The notes under the pieces: generated by a model
Database searches by the model: none
Told to the model about the DNA's origin: nothing
Seen by the model: only the letters and a program-made list of their open reading frames with translations
Source: a virus
IMG/VR virus record: IMGVR_UViG_3300046834_000025
Span: 1 to 64,000 of that record
Direction: 5' to 3' (one strand)
Length of the DNA: 64,000 nucleotides
Program-made: the position numbers and the translations under genes
Part shown: in pieces, positions 36,087-45,074 of the stretch
How positions within the stretch are numbered: the stretch's first letter is position 1
Layout: every line of letters starts with the position of its first letter

Positions 36087-36719
36087 ATGAAGACAACTGC
36101 AGCAGCGATCACCGTGCTCTCCCTTCTGGCCGGAGGAGCTACCCTCTTCAGTCTTGACCAGCAGGCACCGCCTGCGCGGCGCACTCTGCCCGTTTCTGCA
36201 CCGCTCTCGGTACCAGCACCCGTCACCATCACCGTGCCGACCACGGCACACACGACCACGACCAGGGCCGTCTCTGTGCCGAAGGTGAAGGTTGGGCAGC
36301 GCATGGCTGTCCTCGACCTCCCTCATGCCGGAAAGATCACGATCAAACAGGGCACCAACAACCTGGACCGCGAGACCTCGATCCTCAACACTGGCGCAGC
36401 AGTTCACTACGTGGACAGCGCGAAGTGGTTCGGAGACGGCGTGTTCGCGATGTCCGGCCACCGAACGACCTACGGTGCCGTCTTCAACAAGCTAGACAAG
36501 ATGAAGAAGGGAGACATCGCCACTGTCACGACCAAGGACGGCGTCTTCAAGTACCGCTACCTGGACACCCGAATCGTGACGCCGGACAAGATGTGGGTGC
36601 TCGATCCCACCGAGAAGAAGGAGTACCGACACCTCAAGGATGGTGGTCTCGTGATGACTGCCTGCCACCCGAAGCACTCAGCCCGTCAGAGGATCGTTGT
36701 CCTCTGGAAGGAGATCTGA
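36087..36719 (+). CDS. Sortase, class E-like
   Basis: N-terminal anchor; HY, FAMSGHRTTYGAVF, MTACHPKHSARQRIVV (His/Cys/Arg triad). Confidence 0.88.
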   Translation: MKTTAAAITVLSLLAGGATLFSLDQQAPPARRTLPVSAPLSVPAPVTITVPTTAHTTTTRAVSVPKVKVGQRMAVLDLPHAGKITIKQGTNNLDRETSILNTGAAVHYVDSAKWFGDGVFAMSGHRTTYGAVFNKLDKMKKGDIATVTTKDGVFKYRYLDTRIVTPDKMWVLDPTEKKEYRHLKDGGLVMTACHPKHSARQRIVVLWKEI

Positions 36720-36862
36720 TGCACGTCAACGGCCAGGAGGCGACCCGCTGCGAGCGGTGCAGTCACCCGCAGGGTGCCTGGGCCACCTACATCCCCACGG
36801 ACGAGTGGGAAGCACACGTTCAGTGGCACAAGGAAACTGACGCAAAGGAGAAAGAAGCATGA
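36719..36862 (+). CDS. Small Zn-finger protein
   Basis: CERC...H...H. Confidence 0.5.
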   Translation: MHVNGQEATRCERCSHPQGAWATYIPTDEWEAHVQWHKETDAKEKEA

Positions 36863-37089
36863 GCGCGCCAGGAGTGCTCCGCACCAAGAAGAAGCGGTGC
36901 GTCTGGTGCGCCAATGAGAAGGCTCGCACGTCGAAGACGGCCTGGCCGATTGTCGACACGACCGGCGTGGTCATCAGGTGGATCACGCTTTGGGCCTGCC
37001 AGCCGTGCCTGTGGGTCAACATGGAGAAGCGAGAGTGGCTGACTGCGCGTGAGCTACGAATCGCCGAAAGAATGAGGGTACCAGCATGA
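36859..37089 (+). CDS. Zn-ribbon protein
   Basis: CVWC...CQPC. Confidence 0.55.
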   Translation: MSAPGVLRTKKKRCVWCANEKARTSKTAWPIVDTTGVVIRWITLWACQPCLWVNMEKREWLTARELRIAERMRVPA

Positions 37090-37400
37090 GTGACAACGTG
37101 ATTCGGATGGACCGGCTCTCGATCCCGCCGACTCCTGAGCTCGACAAGCGCAACAAGATCCTGCACAGTAACGCTCACCCGCAGGATACGCTCACGGACT
37201 TCTGGGACTGGATGGAGGGACAGGGCTGGCACGTGTGTGAACTGGTCGTGCGCAACCCCGAGGTCTCCGACACGCGAGAGTTCGTGCCGGTCAGGGAACG
37301 CGTCGAGAGCATGTTCGAGCGGTTCTTCGGCCTGGACGGCGCGAAGATGGAGCAGGAGAAGCGCGCGATCCTGGCGCACTTGAGGGAGCAGCAGGGATGA
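37086..37400 (+). CDS. Hypothetical protein
   Basis: 104 aa, coupled. Confidence 0.65.
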   Translation: MSDNVIRMDRLSIPPTPELDKRNKILHSNAHPQDTLTDFWDWMEGQGWHVCELVVRNPEVSDTREFVPVRERVESMFERFFGLDGAKMEQEKRAILAHLREQQG

Positions 37401-37485
37401 GCCCACAGTGGAGACGGCGCATCATCGCTGTCGACCTCGTGATCATCGTGTTCGGCCTGTCCTACATCGCGTACAGGCTGTTCTC

Positions 37486-37671
37486 GTGAAGCCGGTCAGG
37501 GCTGAGGCTGCAGTTCTCCACTGTCCCAACTGTGGTGCCAAGCCGAACCGTCCATGCACCAAGGCCGCTGAGCGCGGTCGGCGTCCGATTCCCTGGTTGC
37601 ACCTAGGCAGAGAGCTTGCCGCTGACCGGCTGTTGGAGCCTGATGACCTCTGGAAGGAGCCAGAGCGGTGA
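37486..37671 (+). CDS. Zn-finger protein
   Basis: CPNCGAKPNRPC...H. Confidence 0.55.
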   Translation: MKPVRAEAAVLHCPNCGAKPNRPCTKAAERGRRPIPWLHLGRELAADRLLEPDDLWKEPER

Positions 37672-38117
37672 TCCCTGGTCTGGGTGAGCCAGAATGCGAG
37701 CTCACGTACAAGGAGATTGACGCGCGGTTCGTCAGCATCCCTGAGCTCGCTCAGCTAACCGGCTTCTCTGCCAGGCAGATTGACTACCTCATCCGGTCGG
37801 ATCGGCTCTACCCAACGCACTACACGTGGAGCAATCTGCACCTCAAGGCACCCGTGTGGGTTTGGTTGCCAGGCACCGAGATCAGCAGCGGGTACCGCCG
37901 CATCTGGGAGCGAGGCAGCGACCGGCTGAGGTACGTGCTCCTGCTTTCCGCCTGGGTGAAGATGGGCATGAGCACTGCGTCAGCCGTTGCTCTGGCCAAG
38001 CACCATGTCTTTGGAACGGAACTGCCAGTATTCCTTCTCCCGCTGGCGGATGTGGAACTGAGAGAGGAAACCGATGAACGACGCAATGAAGCGAGTCAAG
38101 AAGGCTCTCAAGGGTGA
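37668..38117 (+). CDS. MerR-like HTH DNA-binding protein
   Basis: SIPELAQLTGFSARQIDYL...SGYRRIW. Confidence 0.6.
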   Translation: MIPGLGEPECELTYKEIDARFVSIPELAQLTGFSARQIDYLIRSDRLYPTHYTWSNLHLKAPVWVWLPGTEISSGYRRIWERGSDRLRYVLLLSAWVKMGMSTASAVALAKHHVFGTELPVFLLPLADVELREETDERRNEASQEGSQG

Positions 38118-38349
38118 TCTGGCCGACTTCGAGGTTGGCACGATCATCACCTGGACACGTGTTGTGGAGAAAGAGCCGTTCCCCTACGCGGCGATCAGAA
38201 CGCCGCGAGCCTGGCTCACGACGGCTCCCAACGATCTCATCGTGAAGCGGGTCTACTCCTTCGACAATCTGCTCGAGGTGCTGTCCCGTGAAGGTATCGC
38301 TGACGTGCGGGTCATCGGTCGAGACGATGGCACGAAGGTCGAGCCGTGA
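38074..38349 (+). CDS. Hypothetical protein
   Basis: Exact start-associated sequence. Confidence 0.7.
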   Translation: MNDAMKRVKKALKGDLADFEVGTIITWTRVVEKEPFPYAAIRTPRAWLTTAPNDLIVKRVYSFDNLLEVLSREGIADVRVIGRDDGTKVEP

Positions 38350-38699
38350 GTAGCCTCTACCAGACCGAGACCTGGACGGACAAGGACGGCAACGTCTTCC
38401 GGCTCAAGGACATGGACGCGCGCTACTGTGCCGGTCTGCTGATGTTCCTCGAGCGCAACGCAAGAGCGTTGATGTGGAACGAGTACCAGCACGCTGACGC
38501 TGATGTTGTGCTGCACGACGGTGGAGACATGGCGCACGCTGCCTTGGAGCGAATCGCTGATGAGCTCCTGGACGGATTCTTGGAGGGTGCGTGGGACGAG
38601 TGGCTGGCCGAGTTGCCGTTCGTCATCGCGCTCAAGAAGGCTCTCAAGAAGAAGCGCAAGAAGCTGAACAAGGCGTTCAAGAAGGAGCTAGTGCGATGA
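38346..38699 (+). CDS. Hypothetical protein
   Basis: WTDKDG..RLKDMD; basic C-terminus. Confidence 0.7.
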   Translation: MSSLYQTETWTDKDGNVFRLKDMDARYCAGLLMFLERNARALMWNEYQHADADVVLHDGGDMAHAALERIADELLDGFLEGAWDEWLAELPFVIALKKALKKKRKKLNKAFKKELVR

Positions 38700-38971
38700 C
38701 AACTACGCACGTCGACTGGATGGAGAGTGGTCTGTGCCGCCAGGTCGATGTGTCAGATGCCATGTTCGTCTCTGGCAAAGACCAGGCGAAGGCAAAGGTG
38801 TTGTGTCGGACGTGTCCTGTCGCACTTCTCTGTCTGGCTGATGCCCTGGACAACAAGACTGAGTTCGGTGTCTGGGGAGGGTTGACGGAGCGCGAGCGTC
38901 GTCGGCTTCTCAAGCAGCATCCGAACGTCACGTCCTGGAGGCGAGTCTTGGAGAGGAAGTTCGGTGGGTAA
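38696..38971 (+). CDS. whiB: WhiB-family transcription factor
   Basis: C...CRTCPVALLC...FGVWGGLTERERR; close to host WhiB4-type sequences. Confidence 0.92.
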   Translation: MTTTHVDWMESGLCRQVDVSDAMFVSGKDQAKAKVLCRTCPVALLCLADALDNKTEFGVWGGLTERERRRLLKQHPNVTSWRRVLERKFGG

Positions 38972-39245
38972 GTACGGGTCTGCAACCTGTCAGACATGCC
39001 GCAAGCCCTGCGCGCTGCGCTGGAACGGCAGGCTGTACACGCACCGCGCACCGAACGGGCGCGTCTGTGACGGCGTCAACCAGATGAGCGGGTTGCCAAC
39101 TCTCAACGGACACACGGCAACAGTACTTGCCAATGGCTCCATCGACTGCAGTTGCGGAGAGGTCTCGCCAGTCTTCTCCGCCGCGAGGTTTCGCGAACGC
39201 TGGTGGGGCTGGCACGTAGGTGATACAATCACAAAAGACGGCTGA
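38964..39245 (+). CDS. Zn-finger protein
   Basis: CQTC...H...C; CSCG. Confidence 0.55.
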   Translation: MGKYGSATCQTCRKPCALRWNGRLYTHRAPNGRVCDGVNQMSGLPTLNGHTATVLANGSIDCSCGEVSPVFSAARFRERWWGWHVGDTITKDG

Positions 39246-39370
39246 CGGCGGTTTTCTCGAACGACTCCGACCGGCGTCAGAAGCGCGAAGGGCTTTTCGC
39301 GCTGGCCCGGACCCTGCTGTCTTCCCTGGAGCAGGGTCCGGGTCCTCCCCCTTCCGAGAGAGGAAAACCG

Positions 39371-39508
39371 ATGGCAGGCAAACACGCAGCACTCGGCGTT
39401 CTCACACACGACCGCACTGAGCCTGGCAAGCATGTCGACACGACCAAGCCAGTGGAAGAGGAACCCGCTTGGCTCGACCCGGACGACTGGGCCGACCTGG
39501 ACGACTGA
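39371..39508 (+). CDS. 45-aa acidic peptide
   Basis: Start-associated sequence variant; ends WLDPDDWADLDD. Confidence 0.5.
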   Translation: MAGKHAALGVLTHDRTEPGKHVDTTKPVEEEPAWLDPDDWADLDD

Positions 39509-39548
39509 GCCTACCTGGTTCAGTTCCAACAAGAGAAAGAGGAAACCG

Positions 39549-40310
39549 ATGGATCACATCTCTGTCAAGGGAAGCGAGCTCCGTATCGACCCCGATGCGC
39601 AGCGTCTCTTCGAGCAGCACCGCGCCAACAAGATCGCAGAGGAGTGGGACGAGCGTTCTGTCGGCGCGATCACCGTTTCCCTCCGGGACGATGGCGGCAT
39701 GTACATCCTCGATGGGATGCACCGCGTTGCTGCCGGTCTCCTGGTCGACCCCGACATGATGTTCTTCTGCATCATCCACAAGAACATGTCGGCAGAGGAC
39801 GAAGCGACCCTGTTCCTGCGCTCAAACAACGAGCGCAAGAGCGTCAACAGGTTCGACACCTACCGGATGTACCTCCGGGCGAACGACGAAGTCGCACTCC
39901 GCATTCAGGCGGAGGTGATGGCTGCCGGACTGTCGGTCGGACGCAGGGCATCTACCAACCAGGTATCTGCCGTCGTTACCCTCCGGCGCTGGGCAGAGAA
40001 GGACGTACCTCCGTACGGTCTGATCACCCGCGCACTCAACATCAACGAGGTTGCATGGGGGCGCACCGCTGAGGCATGGGACAACACCGTCATCGCCGCA
40101 GTCTGCGAAGTCTTGCACAAGAACCCGCACATCCAGATCAACCGGCTGGTGCATACCCTTCAGAAGTTCGTCGTGGCTCAGTGGGCTGCAAAGGGTGTGG
40201 AGCGCATCGGCGGTAGCGGTGGTTCCGCGTCACGTCCGAGCAGCACTGCAGCCTGCATCTGCGACGAGTACAACAAGAGGCTGAGCTTGGCCAAGCGCAT
40301 CGGTCTCTGA
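39549..40310 (+). CDS. ParB-like (DUF6551-type) protein
   Basis: LRIDPDAQR...ITVSLRDDG-MYILDGMHR...EATLF. Confidence 0.75.
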   Translation: MDHISVKGSELRIDPDAQRLFEQHRANKIAEEWDERSVGAITVSLRDDGGMYILDGMHRVAAGLLVDPDMMFFCIIHKNMSAEDEATLFLRSNNERKSVNRFDTYRMYLRANDEVALRIQAEVMAAGLSVGRRASTNQVSAVVTLRRWAEKDVPPYGLITRALNINEVAWGRTAEAWDNTVIAAVCEVLHKNPHIQINRLVHTLQKFVVAQWAAKGVERIGGSGGSASRPSSTAACICDEYNKRLSLAKRIGL

Positions 40311-40313
40311 CTC

Positions 40314-40619
40314 ATGAGGGAGACGGCTGTCGAGAAGCGACTCATCAAGAAGGTCAAGGAAGCTGGCGGGGCGTGCATGAAGATCATGCCCGTCGTCGCC
40401 GGTTACCCCGACCGGCTCGTGTTGCTTCCCGGTGGCCGTCTCTTCCTCGTGGAGACCAAAGCTCCGAAGGGTGCGCTCCGACCAGCGCAAGTTGTCTTCA
40501 TCGCTCGCGCTGAGGCGATGGGCATCCCAGTCGCAGTCTTGTACACGAGCAACGAGGTTGACAACTGGGTGAACGAGGTTTCACGTTTGTCAGCGGACCC
40601 CCCGCTCGACCAGGTATGA
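40314..40619 (+). CDS. VRR-NUC endonuclease
   Basis: E..VE...GYPDRLVLLPGG..LVETKAP. Confidence 0.9.
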   Translation: MRETAVEKRLIKKVKEAGGACMKIMPVVAGYPDRLVLLPGGRLFLVETKAPKGALRPAQVVFIARAEAMGIPVAVLYTSNEVDNWVNEVSRLSADPPLDQV

Positions 40620-40671
40620 TGATTCTTGTCAGCAAGCCTGACCCCCAAGATTCATCGTTGAGAGGAAACCG

Positions 40672-41058
40672 ATGATCATCACCATCGACACGAGCCAGCC
40701 TCTGTCTCAGATCGACTTGGACGCGCTCATGGCGCTCACGGGTGTCGTCGCCCCTTCGCCGAACGGCCAGGAACCGCCGTCTGCGCCGGTCTCCGTCGTG
40801 CCCACCAAGAAGGCTGCGCCTGCCAAGAAGGCCGCTGCACCGAAGGCTGAGCCGAAGCCGGAGACGCCCGCAGAACTCGCTGCGGACGAGGACGAGGCTG
40901 CCAAGCTGCAGGAGACCGCTCACGCCAAGGCGAGTGGCCTTCTCGCCGATGGTCAGCGTGACCGCGTGATCGCGGCTCTCAAGGAGATCGGCGCTGCACG
41001 TGTCGCCGAAGTCCCGGCTGACAAGCTGCAGGAGTTCATCGACGCTCTGGGTGAGTGA
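40672..41058 (+). CDS. Hypothetical protein typical upstream of DUF2800
   Basis: Ala/Lys linker and LKEIGAARVAEVP C-terminal domain; exact start-associated sequence. Confidence 0.7.
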   Translation: MIITIDTSQPLSQIDLDALMALTGVVAPSPNGQEPPSAPVSVVPTKKAAPAKKAAAPKAEPKPETPAELAADEDEAAKLQETAHAKASGLLADGQRDRVIAALKEIGAARVAEVPADKLQEFIDALGE

Positions 41059-41064
41059 TCTCCG

Positions 41065-41319
41065 ATGGAGGAGTTCACTCCCTTCGCGCGGAAGTGTCCT
41101 TCCTGCGGAGGCCAGATGCGCCTACGTCGGCAGGCACAGATTCATGATGCCTGTCTTTCCCGTCCGTCACAGACGCCGTGGTACCGGCCACAGAAGTGGG
41201 TCGGTGGGGACGACACTTGTGCTGTCTGCCAAGAGGCACTAGCTGACACACTCTACACATGTGTCCACGGCGACTGTGCCGACTACCTTGCACGGCGTCG
41301 ACAGTCGGTGCGAACATGA
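41065..41319 (+). CDS. Zn-finger protein
   Basis: CPSC, CAVC, HGDC. Confidence 0.55.
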   Translation: MEEFTPFARKCPSCGGQMRLRRQAQIHDACLSRPSQTPWYRPQKWVGGDDTCAVCQEALADTLYTCVHGDCADYLARRRQSVRT

Positions 41320-42509
41320 GCGAGCACATGCGGCTTCACGCAACGCTCTCACCTTCAAGTGCAGAGCGGTGGCTGGAGTGTCCGGCATCAATCCGGCTCA
41401 TCAGTACTCTCGAGCGCGGTGAAGACAGCAGTACCGTCTACGCCGAAGAGGGTACGCGGGCACACAACCTGGCCGAGATCGAAGCCTCCTACCAGTTCGA
41501 CATGATCACGGTGGAAGACTACCGGACTCGCCGGACAGCCTGGTTGCGAATCGCCGAGACACACGGTGACGATGTGGAGGAAATGGATCGGCACGTTCGC
41601 GTGTACGTCCGTCTCCTGCAGGACATTATGGCTAGCAGGCCGCACGCCACCCTACGCCTGGAACAGCGGGTGCAGACCGGCGTTCCTGGTTGTTGGGGAA
41701 CGGGAGACGCAATCATCATCGCGCCGACCACGATCGATGTCGTCGACTTCAAGTACGGCCAGGGCGTCGGCGTCATCGCACACGAGAACCCGCAACTCAT
41801 GCTCTACGGCCTCGGTGCGCTCGAGATGTTCGATGGTGTGATCGGAGACACGCAGTCTGTCACCGTTCATATCTGTCAGCCACGGGTCGGAGGGATGTCA
41901 CACTATACCATCGGTGCGAAGGAACTTCGAGCCTGGCGCGACGATGCCGTCATGCCGATCGCACGAGAGACGCAGCACCCTGATGCCCGATTCGGGCCGT
42001 CCGAGGTTGCCTGTCGCTGGTGTCCGGCATCAGGTATCTGCAAGGCACGAGCGCGCTACATCACGGAGCGTGACTTCGGCAGTCCTGACGTGCTGTCGAT
42101 GGACGAGCTCGCGGAAGCCTTCAAGACACTCACCGACATCCGAGACTGGTGCAATGCCGTTGAGGCAGAAGCCTTGAAGCAGGCGTACAGCGAGGGTGAA
42201 GAACTGCCTGGACTGAAGGTCGTGATGTCGGGCGGCAAGCGGTCGATCCCTGATCCTCCGGCTGCCATCAAGAAACTGCAGGCAGCAGGCTTCTCGCTCG
42301 AACAGGTGAGCCGTCTCTCCATGAAGACATTGGGAGACTTGGAGCGCCTGGTCGGCAAGGACAAGCTACCCAACGTGCTAGGTCCCTTGCTAGTCAAGAG
42401 CCCTGGCAAACCTGCTCTCGTGCCTGAGAGCGACAATCGGCCAGCCGTCACCGCACTAACGGCTGCCGCAGAAGACTTCCAGAGTCCTCTGGAGGATGAG
42501 CAAGGATGA
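41316..42509 (+). CDS. Cas4-like exonuclease (DUF2800)
   Basis: HATLSPSSAERWLEC, GTGD, VVDFKYG, NPQLMLYGLG, CRWCP..C. Confidence 0.88.
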   Translation: MSEHMRLHATLSPSSAERWLECPASIRLISTLERGEDSSTVYAEEGTRAHNLAEIEASYQFDMITVEDYRTRRTAWLRIAETHGDDVEEMDRHVRVYVRLLQDIMASRPHATLRLEQRVQTGVPGCWGTGDAIIIAPTTIDVVDFKYGQGVGVIAHENPQLMLYGLGALEMFDGVIGDTQSVTVHICQPRVGGMSHYTIGAKELRAWRDDAVMPIARETQHPDARFGPSEVACRWCPASGICKARARYITERDFGSPDVLSMDELAEAFKTLTDIRDWCNAVEAEALKQAYSEGEELPGLKVVMSGGKRSIPDPPAAIKKLQAAGFSLEQVSRLSMKTLGDLERLVGKDKLPNVLGPLLVKSPGKPALVPESDNRPAVTALTAAAEDFQSPLEDEQG

Positions 42510-42525
42510 GAGAGATGAGAACGCT

Positions 42526-43119
42526 ATGGCAGAGAACGACACCACCGAGGCACGCCGTGTCATCACGGGCCGTGTCCGGCTGAGCTTCCCGTACCTGTTC
42601 AAGCCGCGACCCCCGATGGCTGGCCAGGAGGGAGAGCCGAAGTACAGCGTGATGCTGTTGATCCCCAAGAGCGACACCGTCACGATGGAAAAGCTCCGCA
42701 AGGCCGAGAAGCTTGCCCTCGAACAGGGCAAGGCCGGAACGTTCGGCTCGAACTTCAAGATGTCCTCTCTTGCACCGTCCATCATCAAGGACGCCGACGA
42801 GGACGGCACTGCGGAGGACTACCCGGAGCGTGAGGGCATGTACTACATGACCGTCAACGCTCAGGAAGCCTTCAAGCCGCAGGTGGTCGACAAGAACCTC
42901 AACCCGATCATCGACCAGAGCGAGGTCTACTCCGGCGTCTGGGCCAGGGTCTCCGTCTCCGCGTTCCCGTACAAGTACGGGGACATGAAGCGGGGCATCT
43001 CCTTCGGCCTCAACAACGTCCAGGTTCTCGGCTACGGTGAGAGCCTGCGCGGTGGCAAGAGCGCCGACCAGGACTTCGACGCGGTCGAGATCGCGGAAGA
43101 GGACGCGAGTCTGCTCTGA
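42526..43119 (+). CDS. ssDNA-binding protein (DUF2815)
   Basis: VRLSFPYLF, KYSVMLLIPK, VYSG, GISFGLNNVQ, acidic tail. Confidence 0.88.
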   Translation: MAENDTTEARRVITGRVRLSFPYLFKPRPPMAGQEGEPKYSVMLLIPKSDTVTMEKLRKAEKLALEQGKAGTFGSNFKMSSLAPSIIKDADEDGTAEDYPEREGMYYMTVNAQEAFKPQVVDKNLNPIIDQSEVYSGVWARVSVSAFPYKYGDMKRGISFGLNNVQVLGYGESLRGGKSADQDFDAVEIAEEDASLL

Positions 43120-43146
43120 TTCACCCCCACGTCGGGCTCGACGTGG

Positions 43147-43236
43147 TAAGATAGGTGTGGTGCCGCGCGGCGGTTGGGTTATGTCGGTTTCCTCTCCCTC
43201 GCGCGGCACTACTCCCTCCCTGAGAGGAAACCGATG
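43147..43236 (+). promoter_or_regulatory. Extended -10 promoter plus hairpin carrying an anti-SD/anti-SAS loop
   Basis: TGG-TAAGAT; stem 43157-43170/43199-43212; loop ATGTCGGTTTCCTCTC. Confidence 0.6.
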
Positions 43237-43461
43237 ACGCAGTACGTGAAGGTCGAAATCGACGAGGGTCGTGCCTACACCTACGGGTGGGACGGCGAAG
43301 AGCCTCTCAAGCCTGGCGACCAGGTGGTGCTTCCTAGCAACATGGTCCGCAATCGGACCTTCTCCGGACGAGTTCTGCGAATTCTGGCAGAGTCGGATTT
43401 CAAGGGGCCGATCAAGAACATCCTCTCGAAGGTCAATGACGACTTGGAAAGCCTTCTGTAG
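43234..43461 (+). CDS. Hypothetical protein
   Basis: YTYGW..PLKPGDQVVLP. Confidence 0.7.
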   Translation: MTQYVKVEIDEGRAYTYGWDGEEPLKPGDQVVLPSNMVRNRTFSGRVLRILAESDFKGPIKNILSKVNDDLESLL

Positions 43462-43464
43462 AGG

Positions 43465-43493
43465 TTGCGTTGTAGCATCAAACATGCTACAAT
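43465..43493 (+). promoter_or_regulatory. SigA promoter overlapped by a palindromic operator
   Basis: TTGCGT-N17-TACAAT with extended TG; TTGTAGCAT-N5-ATGCTACAA. Confidence 0.75.
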
Positions 43494-43542
43494 GATCGAA
43501 CGTACCAGTCGACCGGCTGGACGAGTAGTGGAAGGAATCACA

Positions 43543-44823
43543 GTGTTCAAGAAGAGCCTGCTCTGTCTGTGTTCGAGCGTTGCGCTCATTCTCGGCATGG
43601 GCCTCATCGCCTCTCCGGCTGAGGCTGCTCCGGGTGACGAGTTCATCGTCAACGGCGACTTCAGCGACTACGACCCGGCGACTGGCGCGATCACGGACGG
43701 CGTGACGACGACCGACTTCTCGCTCACCACCTCTCTCGCTGAGGCATCTTCGCCTGGCAACGGGGACATGTACGACCCCGGCGTGTACGCCGTCTCGACC
43801 AACGCGGGCGCGCTCCACAACCAGTGGATCGAGCAGGCGGGCGACAACCCCAAGATGGTCCTCAACGGCTTCACCGAAGGCGTGCAGACCGTCTGGCAGC
43901 AGACCGCTGACGGCGTCACCTGCGACACGCCCGGATCGACCATCGGGTTCGAGTTCACCGCTGATGTCGCCAACGTCCTTCCGCTCGACCAGTACAGCGA
44001 CGGCGGAGCGAACATTTCGGTCTACATCAACGACCAGCTCATCGGCTCCGCCGACCTCACATCCAACGACGGTACGCCCGTGTCGATCTCGAGCGCGATG
44101 GTTCCGGCTGCTGATGCGTTCGTCATCGAGGTTCGGAACAGCGCGACCGTCTATGTCGGCAACGACTTCTCGCTCGACAACCTGTCGCTGGTCCAGACCG
44201 GCGATTGCACCGCTCCGGTGGCCGTCCTGTTCGATGTCGCGCCGACCGACCCGACGTGTGAAGCCGATGGCTCGCTCGACACCTCGCTGTTCCCGATCGT
44301 CCGCGAGGGCTACACCCTCACCGTCGACCGGGCCTTCGACGGTCCCGGCGACTACGTGATCACTGCCACCGCTGCTGACGGCTTCTTCTTCTCCGGCGAC
44401 GGCGACCCGTTCGTCCGCTCCGTGACTGTCACCGTGGGCGAACGTCTGCCCGCTGCGGAGTGCCGTGTTGGTGGGCTCACGATCGGCTACTACAAGAACC
44501 ACGCCGTCTCCGAGGCTACCTGGGATGCGGCACGCGCCGGTCTGAACACCCTGTTCGGGGCGTACCCGAACTGGAACAACGCGCTCGCGGTGCTGAACGC
44601 CAAGCCGACCAATGACGGCTCGGTGCAGTTGCTCCGTCAGGCAATCGCGTTCGCTCTGAACGTCGAGACCATCGACGGCTTCGCTGAGAACATCATGCCG
44701 AACGGCATGACCGCCGAGGCGTACCTCGACTACCTGAACGCCACGCCGACAGCGTGGGACACCAGGTCGGAACGGCTCGCGATCGCTGCGATCCTCGACG
44801 CTGCCAACCAGCACGTCGTCTGA
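43543..44823 (+). CDS. Secreted acidic protein (moron)
   Basis: Signal peptide ending AEA; IVNGDF jelly-roll-like domain, PTDPTC domain, GLTIGYYKNH domain. Confidence 0.8.
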   Translation: MFKKSLLCLCSSVALILGMGLIASPAEAAPGDEFIVNGDFSDYDPATGAITDGVTTTDFSLTTSLAEASSPGNGDMYDPGVYAVSTNAGALHNQWIEQAGDNPKMVLNGFTEGVQTVWQQTADGVTCDTPGSTIGFEFTADVANVLPLDQYSDGGANISVYINDQLIGSADLTSNDGTPVSISSAMVPAADAFVIEVRNSATVYVGNDFSLDNLSLVQTGDCTAPVAVLFDVAPTDPTCEADGSLDTSLFPIVREGYTLTVDRAFDGPGDYVITATAADGFFFSGDGDPFVRSVTVTVGERLPAAECRVGGLTIGYYKNHAVSEATWDAARAGLNTLFGAYPNWNNALAVLNAKPTNDGSVQLLRQAIAFALNVETIDGFAENIMPNGMTAEAYLDYLNATPTAWDTRSERLAIAAILDAANQHVV

Positions 44824-44831
44824 CCCGAACT

Positions 44832-44864
44832 GGGCCGGAGCATCCCACGGGGGTGCTCCGGCCC
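44832..44864 (+). terminator. Hairpin after the moron gene
   Basis: GGGCCGGAGCATCCC / GGGGTGCTCCGGCCC. Confidence 0.6.
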
Positions 44865-44885
44865 TACACCATTGAGAGGAAACCG

Positions 44886-45071
44886 ATGAGCTACCTCGAT
44901 AGACTCCTGACAGAGCCTGCCGTCAAGTGTCAGTGCCCGTCCCGCGACTCTGGTGCTGCAGCCTTCCACGGCGGCAAGCCGGACGGCTGCCCACGGGATG
45001 CCCTGGTGCCACGCGGAGTGGTCACCAGTCCAGCACTCTGTGCCGCCTGCCTGCACGGCTGCATGGACTGA
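44886..45071 (+). CDS. Small Cys-rich protein
   Basis: Exact start-associated sequence; CQC, CAAC. Confidence 0.6.
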   Translation: MSYLDRLLTEPAVKCQCPSRDSGAAAFHGGKPDGCPRDALVPRGVVTSPALCAACLHGCMD

Positions 45072-45074
45072 CCG

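Noticed and set aside
34718-36304. 528-aa minus-strand ORF
   Set aside because: Shadow of the Thr-rich secreted gene
42448-44814. 788-aa minus-strand ORF
   Set aside because: Shadow of the SSB and moron genes caused by high GC3
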